Assembly: GCA_963708295.1 (NCBI GenBank)
Contig: CAVPSJ010000012.1
Span: 1-64,000 of the forward strand
Source: an uncultured delta proteobacterium
Lineage (GTDB): Bacteria > Desulfobacterota > BSN033 > UBA1163
DNA: 64,000 nt
Reading direction: 5' to 3'
Position 1 is the first letter of the stretch. Each line of letters begins with the position of its first letter. Shown here in pieces: positions 61,216 through 64,000 of this stretch. Below the pieces are notes generated by a model. It saw only the letters and a list, made by a program, of their open reading frames with translations. It searched no databases and was not told the DNA's origin. Position numbers and translations under genes: made by a program.

Positions 61216-62055
61216 TTACAATTTAAGATCGACCCCGGGAACACGGCGGGGTTCAACTCCTTTTCTCTCGGCGGAGAGAAAATCCGTCATGATTTTGAGA
61301 AATTCCTTTCTCTTTGCTTCATGAGAAATCTCTTCCCCTAGCGTCTCGATGAAAGATACAGGCTTGATCTTGACCGAGAGATTCCTTTGTCTCACCCAAA
61401 TCAGAGAGTTTATCAGTGATGATGAGTGGAGCCAAGGGGCCAATCATCTTTTTCAGTTCGGTTTCGACCGTGGAGAGAAAATTCTCCGAAACCGGCTTTT
61501 TCTTGACCGGTTTCTGGTCTTCTGCCTTCTCCAGTAATCCCAATTGGACAAGCTGGAAGAGGATCTTGGATGTTTTGAATTCATCCCAACTGAGAGACTT
61601 CAGCAATTTCTGACGATTGTTTTCGTCCCATTGCACAGTGCCAATACATTCCATTGGTCAGCATTGATATTTTTATTCTCCGCGCTTTTCTGGAGGGAGA
61701 GACGAAAAATCGCGTTGGTCGAGGGAATGGCCTCTTTAAGCTTGTCCCACTCCTGTTTTCGGTAAGACCAATTCAACAGCAGTTGCTCGGTTGAAATGGA
61801 GATGGTTCTTTCCGACGGAACTTCGTCCGGTTCAAACGAAGCTTTTCCGGCCTTCAACCCCATAAGGAAAAAGAAAGCGTATTCTCCAACAGCGCTGCTT
61901 GTTTTTGCATGGGTAATATTTCCGAGTTCCAAGAACAATTCCCCACCCTCTTTTCCCTTGACTGTAATCTTTCCTGTCTTTTTGCCGCTGAAAAGGGGTT
62001 TGAGAACGTCAAAGAGTTTAACCTGCGCAAGATCGCCGAGATTTATTTCGGGCAT
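61216..62055 (-). pseudogene. DUF4388-domain protein with frameshifts
   Basis: GDLAQVKLFDVL....KKTGKI..GELFLELGNITHA..TISISTEQLLL; continues in ORFs 61319-61654 and 61216-61443. Confidence 0.7.
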
Positions 62056-62089
62056 AAAATTCCTTAACCTTTTTGGTTTAAGATTAAAG

Positions 62090-62106
62090 AGCAAGATTAA
62101 TGCCAA
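62090..62106 (-). promoter_or_regulatory. Candidate sigma54 promoter
   Basis: Minus strand TTGGCATTAATCTTGCT (GG-N10-GC), 35 bp upstream of the DUF4388 gene. Confidence 0.7.
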
Positions 62107-62517
62107 ATTTTGGCAAAGTACTTTGTTTTCAGCAAATTCAATATTAATTCTTTGAAAATACAGGAAGTTTTAATACTTGGAGTAGAGATCGAGTGGGAAA
62201 ACAAGTGATCCTAACTCAAAAATGAGAACAAAAAAAGGCCAAGAATCCTCACTGCTTTGAATCTTTTTATTTACCTCTTGCCAAAATGGCCATTTCTTAC
62301 GCATCAAACGGTTATCATTTTCTAAGAAATTACGGTCAGTTATCTCCTGCAACACAAAGCTCCAACCGGTGGAACGGCCATTTTTGACCAAGGTGATAAA
62401 TTTTTTGAACCAGTCTATTTCCAGGAAGTCGAAGATCTTCGATGCTTCAATCTGAATCCGTCTTATCATGGTAGCAGCTGACAAGGTTCGGTAAGGAAGG
62501 AGGTTATTAACGGCAAA

Positions 62518-63199
62518 TTACTGGATCTTTATCTGAATGGAATCCATCATTTCCATAAAGCTTTTCTCGAAAGTTCTCATAAACCCTCTTCTCATTTCCG
62601 GAAATTACCTCTTTGCCCCAATCGTCCCCTTTCTCTGAAATCTTTATCCCGAAGGAGTTAGTATCCTTCGAATATCGAAAGAAGACGGCATGCTCTCCCT
62701 CGAAAGAGAAATAGAAATTGCCCTTGAAGTGCCCAATGGGAGGGAATGGAGAATCCTTTCTCTAGTGATGGGTTGAAGAGAAGGAGCATCAGGGTTCCAT
62801 GCCATCAATTGAATCAGATAATCCACCTCCAGTTCCCCCTTCTTCATCTTCCCTTTCAAGTAGGATCTTTTTTCTGTATAAGGTTTCAAAGGGGCGGCAT
62901 TCATCGGACCCGCTTGAGGGTTAGTCCTATCCGCTACCTGAAGAATAAGCATCTCCTCGACCTGTTTTTCTTTGGCCTTAACAAGGAAGTAGACGCGGGT
63001 CAACGAATTGCGCTCCGGATTCTCATGAGAAAAGGAATGAACGAGGTTAAATTCAGAGGGTAACGTTAAGGTGAAGGGCGGTTTCCGGGAGACTGAGTTT
63101 CTTTCCCTCAACTTCTAGGTCCTTCTTGGAAGCACAAGCCGACGTCCATACGACCAGCACGAAAACCAATATAGGCAGGAAGAGCTTTCTCGTATTCAT
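62518..63199 (-). pseudogene. Hypothetical lipoprotein with frameshifts
   Basis: Lipobox TSAC in MNTRKLFLP...; continues in ORF 62644-63111 and a third frame ending ...MMDSIQIKIQ*. Confidence 0.55.
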
Positions 63200-63283
63200 C
63201 CTCTTGAATGGACCCCTCGCCTTCCCCCTCTCCCTGTTCGGGAGAGAGGGGAGAAGTGGAAAGGCGACTCGATTGATCAAAAG

Positions 63284-64000
63284 TTACTTCTTTTTTGTGA
63301 GCAACTCTTTCAATTTGGGGCCTGTGGCAGGACATTTTCCCAAGACATCTTTCCAGCCTTCGTCGTATGCCACTTTGAGGAACTTTTCTTTTTCTGCGGG
63401 CGAAAGTTCGATCACTTCGATGCCTCCCCCCTGCAATATCGGGAGCTCCTTCTTCAACAGGTCGTCAAAGCGGGCCACCGCCTTCTTCTCGCCTTCTACG
63501 GCAGCCTCGTTCAGGATATCCTGGAGCTTCTTGGGCAGGCTGTTCCAGGTCTTCAGGTTGATGAGCACGGGATTGGGGACGTTAAAGAAACCGGGATTGA
63601 CCATGTATTTGGTCACTTTGTCCCATCCCCAGTCGCGGGTCCCGACAGAGGGCCAGCAGTAGCCATCGACCACGTGGCGCTCGAGTGCCGCGTAGACTTC
63701 GGTGGGGGGAATGACGATCGGATTGGCACCCAAGGCTTTGATCGCCTGCAGTTGATTGGCCGAGACACGAATGTTCAACCCCTTCAGGTCGGCGCTCTTG
63801 ATGGCCTTGGTCATATAGAGATGAAACTTGAGATCGAGACCTAATCTCGCATGGTAACGGAGCCCGATCTTCTGCTCGTGCAGATTGTTCAAATAGGCCC
63901 ATGCCCCGCTTGCCCTCTCCTCCATCGGTGTAAGGGTTGAAAGCTTCAGCGTATCGACCTCGGGCAGCACGGAGAGATAGTAGGCGTTTGTGGTGAAGAC
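63284..64000 (-). CDS. dctP: TRAP substrate-binding protein (DctP), 5' end outside the window
   Basis: DLKGLNIR, LGANP, EVYAALERHVVDG, WNSLP. Confidence 0.9.
   Translation of the reverse strand, partial: VFTTNAYYLSVLPEVDTLKLSTLTPMEERASGAWAYLNNLHEQKIGLRYHARLGLDLKFHLYMTKAIKSADLKGLNIRVSANQLQAIKALGANPIVIPPTEVYAALERHVVDGYCWPSVGTRDWGWDKVTKYMVNPGFFNVPNPVLINLKTWNSLPKKLQDILNEAAVEGEKKAVARFDDLLKKELPILQGGGIEVIELSPAEKEKFLKVAYDEGWKDVLGKCPATGPKLKELLTKKK

Noticed and set aside
62170-62484. 104-aa ORF
   Set aside because: No clear RBS or motif; it lies in an AT-rich region upstream of a sigma54 promoter.

Overview
This looks like chromosome from an anaerobic Deltaproteobacterium/Desulfobacterota-like organism. 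That taxonomy is inferred from gene content (HdrA/CCG proteins, TRAP and LIV transporters, sigma54 promoters, a selenoprotein). Positions 3-2109 hold a compact element with two tandem tyrosine recombinases bounded by 16-bp inverted repeats. From 2.4-10 kb there is a membrane-anchored TolB-like/TPR protein, exported proteins and an MFS transporter. From 10.2-51.4 kb runs a co-directional acyl-CoA catabolic cluster: LIV-type ABC uptake, two CoA ligases, a MerR regulator, thiolase, Hbd, three acyl-CoA dehydrogenases, EtfAB, soluble HdrD-like/HdrA-like/NuoEFG-like electron-transfer modules, CobO, two B12 mutases (one isobutyryl-CoA-type, one methylmalonyl-CoA-type), MeaB, a carboxyltransferase, an epimerase and a thiolase lacking its nucleophilic Cys paired with a DUF35 protein. 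From 51-64 kb are an unannotated UxxC selenoprotein, pcnB, TRAP systems and several frameshifted genes. The most striking unexplained signal is that about 20 intergenic gaps carry inverted arrays of 6-8-nt repeats from several distinct sequence families. Two of these arrays enclose a four-helix-bundle (23S-IVP/Avd-like) gene and the rest are empty, which suggests a family of stem-forming intervening or mobile cassettes that sit between stop codon and RBS.
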